A stretch of 64,000 nucleotides of DNA from a virus. Lineage: Duplodnaviria > Caudoviricetes. Each line of letters begins with the position of its first letter. Position 1 is the stretch's first letter. The stretch covers positions 5,232 through 69,231 of the IMG/VR virus record IMGVR_UViG_2833400001_000001, one strand, 5' to 3'. Positions 16,781 to 26,649 of this stretch are shown here, piece by piece. The translations under genes and the position numbers were made by a program. The notes beneath the pieces are model-generated. The model did not search any database and was not told the DNA's origin. It was given only the letters and a program-made list of their open reading frames with translations.

Positions 16781-19700
16781 GCCAATGCCAAAAAAATGCC
16801 CTCAAAGAAACACGTAGAATTTTAGACCAATTTGCTGAACGTTGTGGTGATCGTGTCTGGCAAACGGCAATTACTCACGCTGGTTTGCAAACGTTAAAGC
16901 AATTATTACGGCAAACAGCAAGAAAAAATACAGCAGTCGCCTGTTATTGGACGCATGGAAAAAATCAAACTTCATTATTGTGGATAGTAGGCGATCAACG
17001 ACAATTTAATCAAAAAGGGCGTGTACCAACCAATCGAACTCAACGCAATATTTTACGGCAAGAAGATGAAATTGCTTGGCATAATGCTTATAGCATACAG
17101 ATTATTAGTGCATTAGCGGCGTTGTTGCACGATTTAGGCAAATCTAGTATCGGTTTTCAGGAAAAATTAAAACCACAAGCGCCTTTTTATGCTGATCCTT
17201 ATCGACATGAATGGATTTCGGTACGGATATTTGAAGCAATGATTCAAGGATGCCAAACCGATATGGAATGGCTAACACGCTTGGCGAATTGGGCGGAATA
17301 TCAGCAGCAAAATTCAAGTTGGTTGCAACAGATAAAGATAGAAGATCCAACACCAAAACAAGGGCGATTTGAACAGTTATCACCATTAGCGAAAACGATT
17401 ATTTGGTTAATTTCTTCACATCATAGGGTGCCGTATTTACCAGAATTTGCCGAAAAAAATAATAAGCGGAAAAAGGTATGGGAAACGGAAGTAGCGCACG
17501 ATTTAAAGCGTTTTTATCGGTTGTTATCAGCAAGTAATGGCTGGGTTGCTAATCCGCATAGTGAACATCCACAACCGAAGAAATTCTGGCGTTTTAATCA
17601 GTTAGTTTCAGATAGCTCTGCGTGGCAAAAAGCAATGACTCGTTGGGCAAATAAAGCCTTAAAACATACGTCGTTAATGAATTTAGTCAGCAATGTTGAA
17701 AATATTAGTGATCCTTTTTTATTGTTGTTGAGTAGATTGTCATTAATTACAGCTGATCACCATTATTCTTCACTTAATCCTAATCCTCAATTTGGAGAGA
17801 AGGATTTTCCTCTATTTGCGAATACAGATGCGAAAGGGCAGACGAAACAACGTTTAGATGAGCATTTGCTAGGTGTTTGTCAAAGTGCAGTGCGTTTTGC
17901 CCGTATTTTGCCAAGATTGAAAACATTGTTGCCAGCATTAACACATAAAAGTTTTAATAAACGGAGTGATATTGCTCGCTTTCAATGGCAGAATCGAGCT
18001 TTCGATTTAGCAAAACGATTACAAGCCAGTACTGAACAGCAAGGTTTTTTTGGCGTAAATATGGCGAGCACTGGATGTGGTAAAACTGTTGGAAATACTC
18101 GCATTATGTATGCACTCGCCAATCCGCAATTAGGGGCAAGGTTTACTATTGCTTTAGGATTAAGGGTATTAACTTTGCAGACAGGTAGAGCTTTAAAAGA
18201 TAAATTGCGATTAGATGATGATGCACTGGCTGTATTGGTAGGCGGTGATGCTGTTAATAAGTTATTTGCTTTACAGCAAGAAAAATCTGGTAGTGAATCT
18301 GTCGAAGATTGGCTGGAAATGGCACAAGTTGATGGCGGTATAGTTGGAGAGAGTGCGTTAGATAACCTTGCAGAATTTAATACATTGCTTGCTAATCATA
18401 AAGCGAAAAATTTATTACTTACCCCACTCGTTACCTGCACGATTGATTACTTGATGAATGCTAGTGAATGCTTGCGAGGTGGTAAACACATTGTGCCAAT
18501 ATTACGTTTATTGAGTGGTGATTTAATTCTAGATGAACCAGATGATTTTGATCAAAATGACTTGCCAGCCTTGAGCCGTTTAGTGCATCTAGCAGGATTA
18601 TTTGGCAGTAAAGTGTTGCTTTCATCTGCAACATTAACGCCAGATTTGGTGAGTGGTTTGTTTGAAGCTTATCAAGCAGGAAGAAATGTTTGGAATCAGA
18701 ATAATCAATTACCATCTCAAGGCGTTTGTTGTGCTTGGTTTGATGAATTTAATCAGCAAAGTTTTTCTTGTTCAGATCTCGCCAGTTATCAAGCACAGCA
18801 TCAAGAATTTGTTCAGCAAAGAATTAATAAATTGAAACAACAACCCACCAGACGTATGGCAAAAGTAATGTCTTTGCCTAGTGTTGCTGGTGGGGAAAAT
18901 CAAACACTGAATTGGCCGCTATTTGCTCAACATCTGTTACAACAAGCAATAGCATTTCATACCGAGTTTGCGATTAGTGATGATTCATCTACAAAACGAG
19001 TAAGTGTTGGCTTGCTACGGTTTGCGAATATTCGTCCAATGATTCCAACTATCCAAGCAATGTTGCAACAACAATGCCCAGAAAATACAGAAATCCATCT
19101 TTGTTGTTATCATTCACGCCAATTGTTGTTATTACGTAGCCGCTTAGAACAAAGTTTGGATCGCTTATTAACACGAAATGATCCACAGGCTTTATTTCAA
19201 CAACCTGAAATAAAATTAGCATTAGACAATAGCCAAAATGAAAATCATATTTTTATTGTAGTAGGCAGTCCGGTGACGGAAGTGGGACGTGATCATGATT
19301 ACGATTGGGCAATTATCGATCCGTCGTCAATGCGTTCTATTATCCAATTAGCTGGACGAGTGTGGCGACATCGTCCAGATAAAGTTGCAACAACGCCGAA
19401 TATTGCATTGTTACCAAGTAACTGGAAAGGGCTAAAAGGGCATCACTATACACGAGAAATTTTTTATCATCCCGGTTTTGAAAGCAGTGAACATCCTCTC
19501 ATTTCTCACCGTACACAAGATATTATTAACCCAGAACAACTTGCTGTTGTGGACGCAGTAGCGAGAATTGAAGCTCCAACTGAATTGGATGAGAATGCGA
19601 AGGCACAAAAAACGCTAGCAGAGTTAGAGCATAGTGTGATGAGAAAGATGTTTAATAGTTCTAGTTTAAATTATGTCAATGGCTATTGGCGTAGTGATAA

Positions 19701-20088
19701 TGCTAAATTAGCTGCACACTATACGTTGACTACGCCGTTTCGGGCCTCACAAAAAATGGAAGATTTTGTCTGTTTACCTGATGATGAAAGTTCGTGGGGT
19801 TATGCCTTTGCGTATAGTGAAAAAGCACATCAGAATTTATTCTCTTGTAATAAAGAGTGGCATAGGTTTCAGTATCAACCGATTAAAAATCAAAATTCAC
19901 TGATTAAGCCATGGCTTGTTTTTTCCTTAACAACAGCATTGGATGAGCTAACAGAAGCATTAAAGTTAAAAGATATTGAACAAACAGCGTTATCTTATGC
20001 AACCGTTTCATTAAGAAAAGATGAGCAAACAGAAGCAGTTTGGCAATTTAATGAGTTTTTAGGCTTTTGGCGACAGGAAGAGCAATAG
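16744..20088 (+). CDS. cas3: Type I-F Cas2-Cas3 fusion helicase-nuclease; native N-terminus replaced by phage-end sequence
   Basis: SQCQKNALKETRRILDQFAER (Cas2), LHDLGK (HD), STGCGKT, ILDEPD, SAT, QLAGRVWRH; first 12 codons come from the Mu-type end. Confidence 0.95.
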   Translation: MWFHFSNYAACYSQCQKNALKETRRILDQFAERCGDRVWQTAITHAGLQTLKQLLRQTARKNTAVACYWTHGKNQTSLLWIVGDQRQFNQKGRVPTNRTQRNILRQEDEIAWHNAYSIQIISALAALLHDLGKSSIGFQEKLKPQAPFYADPYRHEWISVRIFEAMIQGCQTDMEWLTRLANWAEYQQQNSSWLQQIKIEDPTPKQGRFEQLSPLAKTIIWLISSHHRVPYLPEFAEKNNKRKKVWETEVAHDLKRFYRLLSASNGWVANPHSEHPQPKKFWRFNQLVSDSSAWQKAMTRWANKALKHTSLMNLVSNVENISDPFLLLLSRLSLITADHHYSSLNPNPQFGEKDFPLFANTDAKGQTKQRLDEHLLGVCQSAVRFARILPRLKTLLPALTHKSFNKRSDIARFQWQNRAFDLAKRLQASTEQQGFFGVNMASTGCGKTVGNTRIMYALANPQLGARFTIALGLRVLTLQTGRALKDKLRLDDDALAVLVGGDAVNKLFALQQEKSGSESVEDWLEMAQVDGGIVGESALDNLAEFNTLLANHKAKNLLLTPLVTCTIDYLMNASECLRGGKHIVPILRLLSGDLILDEPDDFDQNDLPALSRLVHLAGLFGSKVLLSSATLTPDLVSGLFEAYQAGRNVWNQNNQLPSQGVCCAWFDEFNQQSFSCSDLASYQAQHQEFVQQRINKLKQQPTRRMAKVMSLPSVAGGENQTLNWPLFAQHLLQQAIAFHTEFAISDDSSTKRVSVGLLRFANIRPMIPTIQAMLQQQCPENTEIHLCCYHSRQLLLLRSRLEQSLDRLLTRNDPQALFQQPEIKLALDNSQNENHIFIVVGSPVTEVGRDHDYDWAIIDPSSMRSIIQLAGRVWRHRPDKVATTPNIALLPSNWKGLKGHHYTREIFYHPGFESSEHPLISHRTQDIINPEQLAVVDAVARIEAPTELDENAKAQKTLAELEHSVMRKMFNSSSLNYVNGYWRSDNAKLAAHYTLTTPFRASQKMEDFVCLPDDESSWGYAFAYSEKAHQNLFSCNKEWHRFQYQPIKNQNSLIKPWLVFSLTTALDELTEALKLKDIEQTALSYATVSLRKDEQTEAVWQFNEFLGFWRQEEQ

Positions 20089-20185
20089 TGGTTTTTTTCG
20101 GCGAGGTACATACAGATAAAGAGAATAATAATCTCAATTTAAAGTAGCTTTAAATCACGTTTAAATTACGTTTAAAAGAGATTTT

Positions 20186-20995
20186 GGTCTAAGCTGCCTA
20201 TGCGGCAGTAAAGGCACAGGAAGAGGTACCTGCTCACATCATGGATTTCTAAGCTGCCTATGCGGCAGTAAAGAAACATCTATTGATTTGCATGGTATTC
20301 ATTATTTTCTAAGCTGCCTATGCGGCAGTAAAGTTCGCCATTAAACATTTAGGATGTTTTAATGATTTCTAAGCTGCCTATGCGGCAGTAAAGAATGGGT
20401 TTATGCCGGTGGGGAAAAGTTACCATTTCTAAGCTGCCTATGCGGCAGTAAAGTGCGGATCAAGTCTTTAATTGGGCGGATAACTTTTTCTAAGCTGCCT
20501 ATGCGGCAGTAAAGCATTACCAGTTTCGTAGTGACTAGGTGTAATCTTTCTAAGCTGCCTATGCGGCAGTAAAGGAGTACCGAGAAAGCTACATCAAGAT
20601 CTACATTTTCTAAGCTGCCTATGCGGCAGTAAAGTTATTCGGACTCTAACCAAGGGGGAACGCTAGTTTCTAAGCTGCCTATGCGGCAGTAAAGGTCTCA
20701 TTGTACTGTCCGCCTAGTACGTTCGTTTTCTAAGCTGCCTATGCGGCAGTAAAGCACTATCAGGTAAACCTGTTATGCTTAGAAATTTTCTAAGCTGCCT
20801 ATGCGGCAGTAAAGCTAGTAGTAAAAAGCCAAGAAAGAAAAATAATGTTTCTAAGCTGCCTATGCGGCAGTAAAGTGAGTATTGCTACATTGATATTAGG
20901 CGAAAGTTTTCTAAGCTGCCTATGCGGCAGTAAAGTAAGTGTGTAATTCGTCGCACCAACAGTGATTTTTCTAAGCTGCCTTTATGGCAGTGTAG
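20186..20995 (-). CRISPR. Type I-F CRISPR array, 14 repeats (28 bp, CTTTACTGCCGCATAGGCAGCTTAGAAA), 13 spacers of 32-33 bp
   Basis: Repeats counted by hand; Cas6f-type hairpin CTGCC-GCATA-GGCAG; both terminal repeats degenerate; orientation supported by CC PAMs of two near-matches. Confidence 0.98.
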
Positions 20996-21087
20996 TCTTT
21001 GATGTAAGATAAAATATTGAATTTAAAAGAAAATATCTGTTTTTAGAAAAGTGAGAGTTCCGAAAAAAAGTGCATTTTTCCGAAACT

Positions 21088-22128
21088 CTATTTAGTTGGA
21101 TTGACTACACGAGTCTTACGGATGTAACGTTGTGTCATACGTACAGACTTATGACCGAGTTGTTTTTGTGCAGATTCATCTGTGAAAGCAAGAGCAGTAT
21201 CAGTACCCGCCTTTGCACGTAAATCTCGAAATTGAAACTCGGCAATTTCGTCTGCCAACTCAGGGTATTTTTCCAAAGCTACATTACGAAGATTGCGAAA
21301 TCTTTCACTAAGCGTTGTTCTCCTTAATTTACCCCCTCTAGAATGTAGAAATAGATAGCCTGGGTGAGTTTCCATGCGCCTTGTTATAATGTCTGCGAGC
21401 TGGCCAACTAATTTTATTCTGACTTTTGCTTTAGTCTTTTGTTGCGTGATATGCAAAATGCCGTCAAAAATATGGTTTGTGTGAATATTGCAGACATCAA
21501 TCGGGCGTTGTCCGGTTAGATAAGCGATATCCATTAAGTCGCGCATATCCTGATCCGCAAGTAGATAGAGTTTATTGTAGATATGGTCCTCGATATACAC
21601 ATCTCTAGTTTCTAACGTATATTTAGTTACCCCATCAGTTGGACAAATTAGATTTGTGTAGCCCCACTCACGTGCGAATGACCATATTCTATGAAACATT
21701 TCAACTTCATAGTTTGCTGATCTGGGAGTATCTTTTCGCCACTCAAGATACATCTTGATGTGCTTAGCTTGGATTTTTTCGAGCTGAATTGGAGGGTCTC
21801 CGAAAAAAGCCATTAGTCTATTTGTTGCCCATCTATAGTTGTCTTGTGTAGCTTTTGCTTTATTGTCTAATTGAGAGTTTAGATAACGAGTAGCGACAGT
21901 GATAAATGTTGTAATTTCGGTTTGAGTGGTTCTATCGAGATTTAACTCAGCGGCTTTTAGTACTGCAATATGCTTATCATTAGTTTTAAGAGAGATTTCT
22001 TTTCCGTCAGCGTTGACGTAGTAATAGTAATTAACATATTTACCATTTTTACGTTTTCTGCGACGGCAGAGTAGGTGTTGCGGTAAGCCATTATTCTCTC
22101 TGTTTCGAGGTCTTGCCATTTTGATCAC
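21088..22128 (-). CDS. int: Phage integrase (tyrosine recombinase); likely start 22119
   Basis: TGQRPIDV, QQKT, FRDLRAK, LGH, TQRY motifs; at the prophage edge. Confidence 0.9.
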   Translation of the reverse strand: MIKMARPRNRENNGLPQHLLCRRRKRKNGKYVNYYYYVNADGKEISLKTNDKHIAVLKAAELNLDRTTQTEITTFITVATRYLNSQLDNKAKATQDNYRWATNRLMAFFGDPPIQLEKIQAKHIKMYLEWRKDTPRSANYEVEMFHRIWSFAREWGYTNLICPTDGVTKYTLETRDVYIEDHIYNKLYLLADQDMRDLMDIAYLTGQRPIDVCNIHTNHIFDGILHITQQKTKAKVRIKLVGQLADIITRRMETHPGYLFLHSRGGKLRRTTLSERFRNLRNVALEKYPELADEIAEFQFRDLRAKAGTDTALAFTDESAQKQLGHKSVRMTQRYIRKTRVVNPTK

Positions 22129-22366
22129 CTCTTTTAATAATATTAGGTGTCCATTCTGTGTCTATAGTAGGCTCTACGTTGGTTCGTTTTTTTGATTTGC
22201 GCTGGAATTCATCTTTGTGAACAATCGGGTCTCCAGCTAAAGTAAGAAAGAAATTTATTCCGTTCTTATTAAGAACTTTTATTAGTCGCGATTTTTGATA
22301 GACACTGAATATTTGGAATAAATCTTTTTTGAAATAGAAATCCGGATTAACATCTGTTTTATCCAT
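22091..22366 (-). CDS. Excisionase-like protein (DUF4224-type)
   Basis: Small basic protein overlapping the integrase start; NGINFF...GDPIV pattern. Confidence 0.6.
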   Translation of the reverse strand: MDKTDVNPDFYFKKDLFQIFSVYQKSRLIKVLNKNGINFFLTLAGDPIVHKDEFQRKSKKRTNVEPTIDTEWTPNIIKRGDQNGKTSKQRE

Positions 22367-22413
22367 GTTTTATCTCCTTCTATAGCCCTCATTTAATGTT
22401 GAAAAATATGCAA

Positions 22414-22635
22414 TTAATCTTTAAACCCGTCATGCCATTCTAAGATACGCACTGTGTCGCCTCTTTCGCGCATCGTATTATCAAAAGTAAATCCATGCTG
22501 TGTTGAGTAGTAATTTTCGAAAGTATGGAGTTTTCCATTTGGTAGAATAATTCTTACCCTGTATAGCCCGGCCATTTTCGGATAATCGCGTTGCGCAGTA
22601 CTGTGCCATCTAAGCTCTTTAGTGTGTCTTGTCAT
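22414..22635 (-). CDS. Hypothetical phage protein
   Basis: 73 aa ORF with GGA RBS in leftward operon. Confidence 0.5.
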   Translation of the reverse strand: MTRHTKELRWHSTAQRDYPKMAGLYRVRIILPNGKLHTFENYYSTQHGFTFDNTMRERGDTVRILEWHDGFKD

Positions 22636-22676
22636 TTAGTTTTCCTTTTAATAAAAAAGACCTCTAATGTAGAGGT

Positions 22677-22970
22677 CTATTCAGATGGAATTAATTTTTT
22701 AGCGGTCAGCACTCTTAAGCCAAATTCACCGTTTTGTTTTCGTGCGTAGCCTGATAATTTAAGTTCGATATTGTCATTAAAAATGTTACTAATTTTTATA
22801 TTGATAATTTTGATTTCTGTATTATCGAATGAGTCAGATTTAATAATATCTCCAATTTTATGTGGTGAGATTAGTTCAGCATAAGCAGCTTTCATTGCTT
22901 CTAGCTCTTCTATTGTTTGCTCTAAATGTTTATTTTTATTGATAAGGGATTGTATGTAATTACTTTGCAT
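22677..22970 (-). CDS. Hypothetical phage protein
   Basis: 97 aa ORF with AGGAG RBS in leftward operon. Confidence 0.55.
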   Translation of the reverse strand: MQSNYIQSLINKNKHLEQTIEELEAMKAAYAELISPHKIGDIIKSDSFDNTEIKIINIKISNIFNDNIELKLSGYARKQNGEFGLRVLTAKKLIPSE

Positions 22971-23032
22971 ATTTATTTCTCTATTTAAAAGCCTAGTATT
23001 TATCTACTAGGCTTAAAGTGTAAGTATTAATG

Positions 23033-23839
23033 TTAAATCTCAATCTGTCCGATATTTACAAGAATATCGGTGCCCGAAAGAGCTTCTTTTACCTTATCGG
23101 AAAATTCTTGTGCAATAGCTTCTTGTATCTGTTCTCCCTTAATTAAGCGAGCCACCAAAACAGGAGCATCTCCGCCGGTAAGAATTGATAATCGCAGCGT
23201 AAATGCTTGGCAACTTAACCCTTTGTATGTTTCAGTCTTAAATACAAAGTATTTAGGTAACTGTAGTTTGCTTTTAGCTTCTACGCTTTCCATTGCTGAT
23301 TTTTTCGCAGCAAAATCTCCGACCTCGTGTTCTTCATTGCGAGCATAATCAAGAGTAATTTTACGTATCGCTTGTACTGCAACAGTTAAAGACATTACTT
23401 TCTCTTCGTCAGAGTATGGTGTAATAAAATCACCCCAATCTTCTAACCAATCGCTAAAAGTACGTTGATCATGTCGTCTGTCTTGGAAGTTTAATAAAGC
23501 GCTATAAGCTGCGGTTTTTTGCATTTTTAGTATTGCACGATGAGCAGCGTGCAATGGTTGTTCTATTGTTCCGACATCAAAGATGACTACAGCTGACAGA
23601 AATTCTTCATCAATAAAGCATTTAGTATTATCTTGTTTATGCTGTTTCGCATAATCAATAAAGCTATTGAAGTTGAATGTGCTAAATTTAGCCCTAAATT
23701 GGTTGCGGAATTGATTATGTTTTTCAAGTGATACGATATTGACATCACTAGGTAAAATAGCAATCGGATAATCGCTGTTTCCGATATGGACACTTGATAA
23801 GACTAAATCTTTAATTTGTTCTAAGTTAGTTTGTTCCAT
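23033..23839 (-). CDS. DUF2303 (YfdQ-like) phage protein
   Basis: FSDWLEDW, AVQAIRKIT, SAMESVEAKS motifs. Confidence 0.8.
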   Translation of the reverse strand: MEQTNLEQIKDLVLSSVHIGNSDYPIAILPSDVNIVSLEKHNQFRNQFRAKFSTFNFNSFIDYAKQHKQDNTKCFIDEEFLSAVVIFDVGTIEQPLHAAHRAILKMQKTAAYSALLNFQDRRHDQRTFSDWLEDWGDFITPYSDEEKVMSLTVAVQAIRKITLDYARNEEHEVGDFAAKKSAMESVEAKSKLQLPKYFVFKTETYKGLSCQAFTLRLSILTGGDAPVLVARLIKGEQIQEAIAQEFSDKVKEALSGTDILVNIGQIEI

Positions 23840-23856
23840 TAATTAGTTCTCCTTAA

Positions 23857-24219
23857 TTACATTACTTTTAAACTTTTATCAAAAGCTGGATCATCACTTC
23901 CGCTAAACATTGGCATTTGTTCTTTGTCAGGTGTTGCACAAATTGCACCACCTTTATGAACATACATTGGGGTTGCGGTAGTGTCTTCTTCTGAAGATTT
24001 GCCACGTTTTGTTGGTTTGATGTAACTTAATTTATGTTGGATTTGTACGGCAGGTTGATCACTGTCCATTTTTTTAATTGCAAATTCAACAACGACTTTT
24101 CCAGCTTTGTCATGGGTGATCGAGCCAATTGCAACCTCTGAAAGAGCAGTTGCTAATTTGTTTGCAAAAATACCTGCATCTAGTTCACCTAAGAACTCGT
24201 GAATATCAGTTTTTGCCAT
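23857..24219 (-). CDS. YfdP-like partner of DUF2303
   Basis: FLGELDAG, HKLSYIKPTKRGK, EEDTTATPMYV.KGG motifs; usual gene pair. Confidence 0.7.
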   Translation of the reverse strand: MAKTDIHEFLGELDAGIFANKLATALSEVAIGSITHDKAGKVVVEFAIKKMDSDQPAVQIQHKLSYIKPTKRGKSSEEDTTATPMYVHKGGAICATPDKEQMPMFSGSDDPAFDKSLKVM

Positions 24220-24312
24220 AGTGTTTTTTCTCCTATTTTTGTTAATAAAAAAGCCCTCATAGGGAGGGCATTGTCTAAAAGTCGTCTAAATTTCGTCTAG
24301 CATTGTCTAAGT

Positions 24313-24774
24313 CTAGAACGGCATATTGTCATCAAAATCAGCATGCAGTGGTGGTGGATTTTTCGCTATCCCACTTGCTTTAGCCTGTGCGTATGCGTTC
24401 TGCTGAGGTTTTGTTTGTTGCTGTGGCTGTTGCTGACTATCTTTACTGTCTAACATTTGCAAAGTGTCAGCATGGATTTCAGTCAAATAACGTTCTTGTC
24501 CACTTTGATCTTGCCATTTGCGAGTACGGATTTTACCTTCTACATAGACTTTTGAACCTTTGCGGAGATATTGTCCTGCCACTTCTGCTAGACGGCGGAA
24601 TAACACTATACGATGCCATTCTACAAAATCTTTCTTCTCCCCAGTGTTTTTATCTACCCAGCTTTCTGATGTTGCCACGCTAATATTTGCAACTGCATCA
24701 CCGTTAGCGAATGTTCGCATATCTGGATTATCACCTAATCGACCGACAATAATTACTTTATTGATACCTGCCAT
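24313..24774 (-). CDS. ssb: Single-stranded DNA-binding protein
   Basis: [29 protein letters not shown]-terminal DFDDNMPF. Confidence 0.95.
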   Translation of the reverse strand: MAGINKVIIVGRLGDNPDMRTFANGDAVANISVATSESWVDKNTGEKKDFVEWHRIVLFRRLAEVAGQYLRKGSKVYVEGKIRTRKWQDQSGQERYLTEIHADTLQMLDSKDSQQQPQQQTKPQQNAYAQAKASGIAKNPPPLHADFDDNMPF

Positions 24775-24789
24775 AAAAGTCTCCAATAG

Positions 24790-25611
24790 TTACTCTTCAG
24801 TTTTTTCATTGTCTATTAATTCATTCAGTGAATTTGCATTACTAGATAAATTTGTATTAAACCAATCTTCAGGAGAGCTCATACCATCTTTAAGACTAGT
24901 ATATATTTTACGGAGTTGGACAACTTGAGCTGGGCGAATAGATTCAAAACGGCATTGAAATCTATCAGCAATCATTTCTTTTGTTACACCAAAACAGGTA
25001 AATGTTTCAGCCATCTTTTTTAGCCCTTCTGGAGTAACATCAGCTTTAGATTGTAAAGTGAGAGAGCATTGTTTTACTGCTTCTTCAACGACATCACCCG
25101 GAATAACACCTAAAATACATGCGCGTAATCTTCTTGCACCATTATTGGCAACAAGTTCGTAAATATCTCTCGGATCAGTTAATACGGTTTTACCTTTTTT
25201 ACTATATCTAATATGAGGAACTTGAAAGACTTTGACTTGTCTAGTGTTAGTTTGGATATCCCATGCGAAGGCTTCAACAGTACTTTCTCCATTAGATTGA
25301 TTTAATTCTCTTATACCATACTGAATGTTTCCCCATTCTTGGGCGAGGGTTTCCGCAAGACGAATTGATGGACCTTCAACATTTTGTCCACCTTTTGGAT
25401 AAGAATAAACAGCAGTTTGAGCAAGTGTTTCTCTTGTGCAAGCTCTTAAAATTCTATCCATAGCGTCAACAGGATCTCTTGGGAAGCGCTTTGCGATAAT
25501 CATCATGGCTTGTACTTCTTGGCTTTCTCTAGCGCTTTGAGTATCAATCATTGCATTTGATGATGTTTGATGATTTTGTGTTGAGAAAATATTAGTAGCT
25601 AGTTCTGTCAT
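24790..25611 (-). CDS. Putative recombination (single-strand annealing) protein
   Basis: Between exonuclease and ssb; AKRFPRD and EGPSIRLAE motifs; function inferred from position. Confidence 0.5.
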   Translation of the reverse strand: MTELATNIFSTQNHQTSSNAMIDTQSARESQEVQAMMIIAKRFPRDPVDAMDRILRACTRETLAQTAVYSYPKGGQNVEGPSIRLAETLAQEWGNIQYGIRELNQSNGESTVEAFAWDIQTNTRQVKVFQVPHIRYSKKGKTVLTDPRDIYELVANNGARRLRACILGVIPGDVVEEAVKQCSLTLQSKADVTPEGLKKMAETFTCFGVTKEMIADRFQCRFESIRPAQVVQLRKIYTSLKDGMSSPEDWFNTNLSSNANSLNELIDNEKTEE

Positions 25612-25621
25612 TTTCTTGCTC

Positions 25622-26410
25622 CTATGATTTAAAAGCCCAGTTAGGTAGGCTTAGTGTTTCAATTTTTTGGCTAAAAGCGTCCCACACATTTCTTTCTAAT
25701 GCTTCTTTATATGTTTCAAGATTGGCACGAAAACGTATTTCACCTTCTAGTTTTGCCTCGTCATTTAGTGTATATACACCAACAGCGTAAGGAGGGTCTT
25801 TTTCTACGGCAATAAAAACAAAACCTTTCGGTGGATAGCCAAATGCTTGTTTGAAACCATATGAGTAATAAGCGTCTTGAACGTGATAGCGAAAGTTAGC
25901 TACTGATTTTGCGAAACCTTCTGGACTAGCATCTGTTGTAGTTTTTAGATCTACAATAATCTGATTGTCATTAATGAAATCCGGACGACATCGGCAATCA
26001 ACCCCAATTTCATCTTCCCAAAATATAGATACTTCAGGTTTTCCTGATGAGAGTAATTTACTCGCCGCATGATGAGCAAAAACACTTTCTTTCATTGCAT
26101 TAATCTGTTGAAAATCTTCATGAGAGATAATTTCTTTCCCTTCACTTTCTGCGTTAGCTTTCCATGATTTACCTTCTTTAGTAGATAAATTTAAACCTTC
26201 AGGTTTCACAATATAGTTTTTTTCAAAAACATCAGGTAATAAGACTAAATCGTGAAAAGCAGAACCTATGATTAATGCTTTTGTTTTTTCTGGTTCAGAA
26301 TAGAAATAATGAGCAGGGCTTTTTTCTATTTTATCAAGTCCAGATTTGCTAATTGCTGGGCTTGCATGATATTCGGCATTTGGCATATTTTCGATAACAA
26401 CAGCAGTCAT
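25622..26410 (-). CDS. RecE/exonuclease VIII-like PD-(D/E)XK nuclease (DUF3799-type)
   Basis: EYHA..ISKSGL, CRCRPD, IVDLKTT, YHVQDAYY motifs. Confidence 0.85.
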   Translation of the reverse strand: MTAVVIENMPNAEYHASPAISKSGLDKIEKSPAHYFYSEPEKTKALIIGSAFHDLVLLPDVFEKNYIVKPEGLNLSTKEGKSWKANAESEGKEIISHEDFQQINAMKESVFAHHAASKLLSSGKPEVSIFWEDEIGVDCRCRPDFINDNQIIVDLKTTTDASPEGFAKSVANFRYHVQDAYYSYGFKQAFGYPPKGFVFIAVEKDPPYAVGVYTLNDEAKLEGEIRFRANLETYKEALERNVWDAFSQKIETLSLPNWAFKS

Positions 26411-26649
26411 TTAAACCTCCTCAATAATGTATTTAATTTATCTTTATATACTTGGGTTACATCAAGTAGCTTTATTGCATTAACAACATCTTGATAATTT
26501 TCAGTGCATAGCAATTCATTGAAAAACGCAGTGAATTGAGCATCAGTCTTATATTGCTGACAAGCCAAAAAGAGTCTGTTTCGTAAAGCTTTAAATGACT
26601 GTTTTTTTATTAAAACAGCTTGTCGGTTAAGTTTCTCAAAAATGTCCAT
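26407..26649 (-). CDS. Hypothetical phage protein
   Basis: 80 aa, overlapping start/stop with neighbours. Confidence 0.55.
   Translation of the reverse strand: MDIFEKLNRQAVLIKKQSFKALRNRLFLACQQYKTDAQFTAFFNELLCTENYQDVVNAIKLLDVTQVYKDKLNTLLRRFK

Noticed and set aside
20114-20145. Mini-array spacer vs cas3-array gap (21/32, AGAATAATAAT block)
   Set aside because: AT-rich, seed broken, no PAM
20089-20185. AT-rich gap between cas3 and array as the CRISPR leader
   Set aside because: Cas6f hairpin polarity and two CC PAMs put transcription on the minus strand, making this the trailer side
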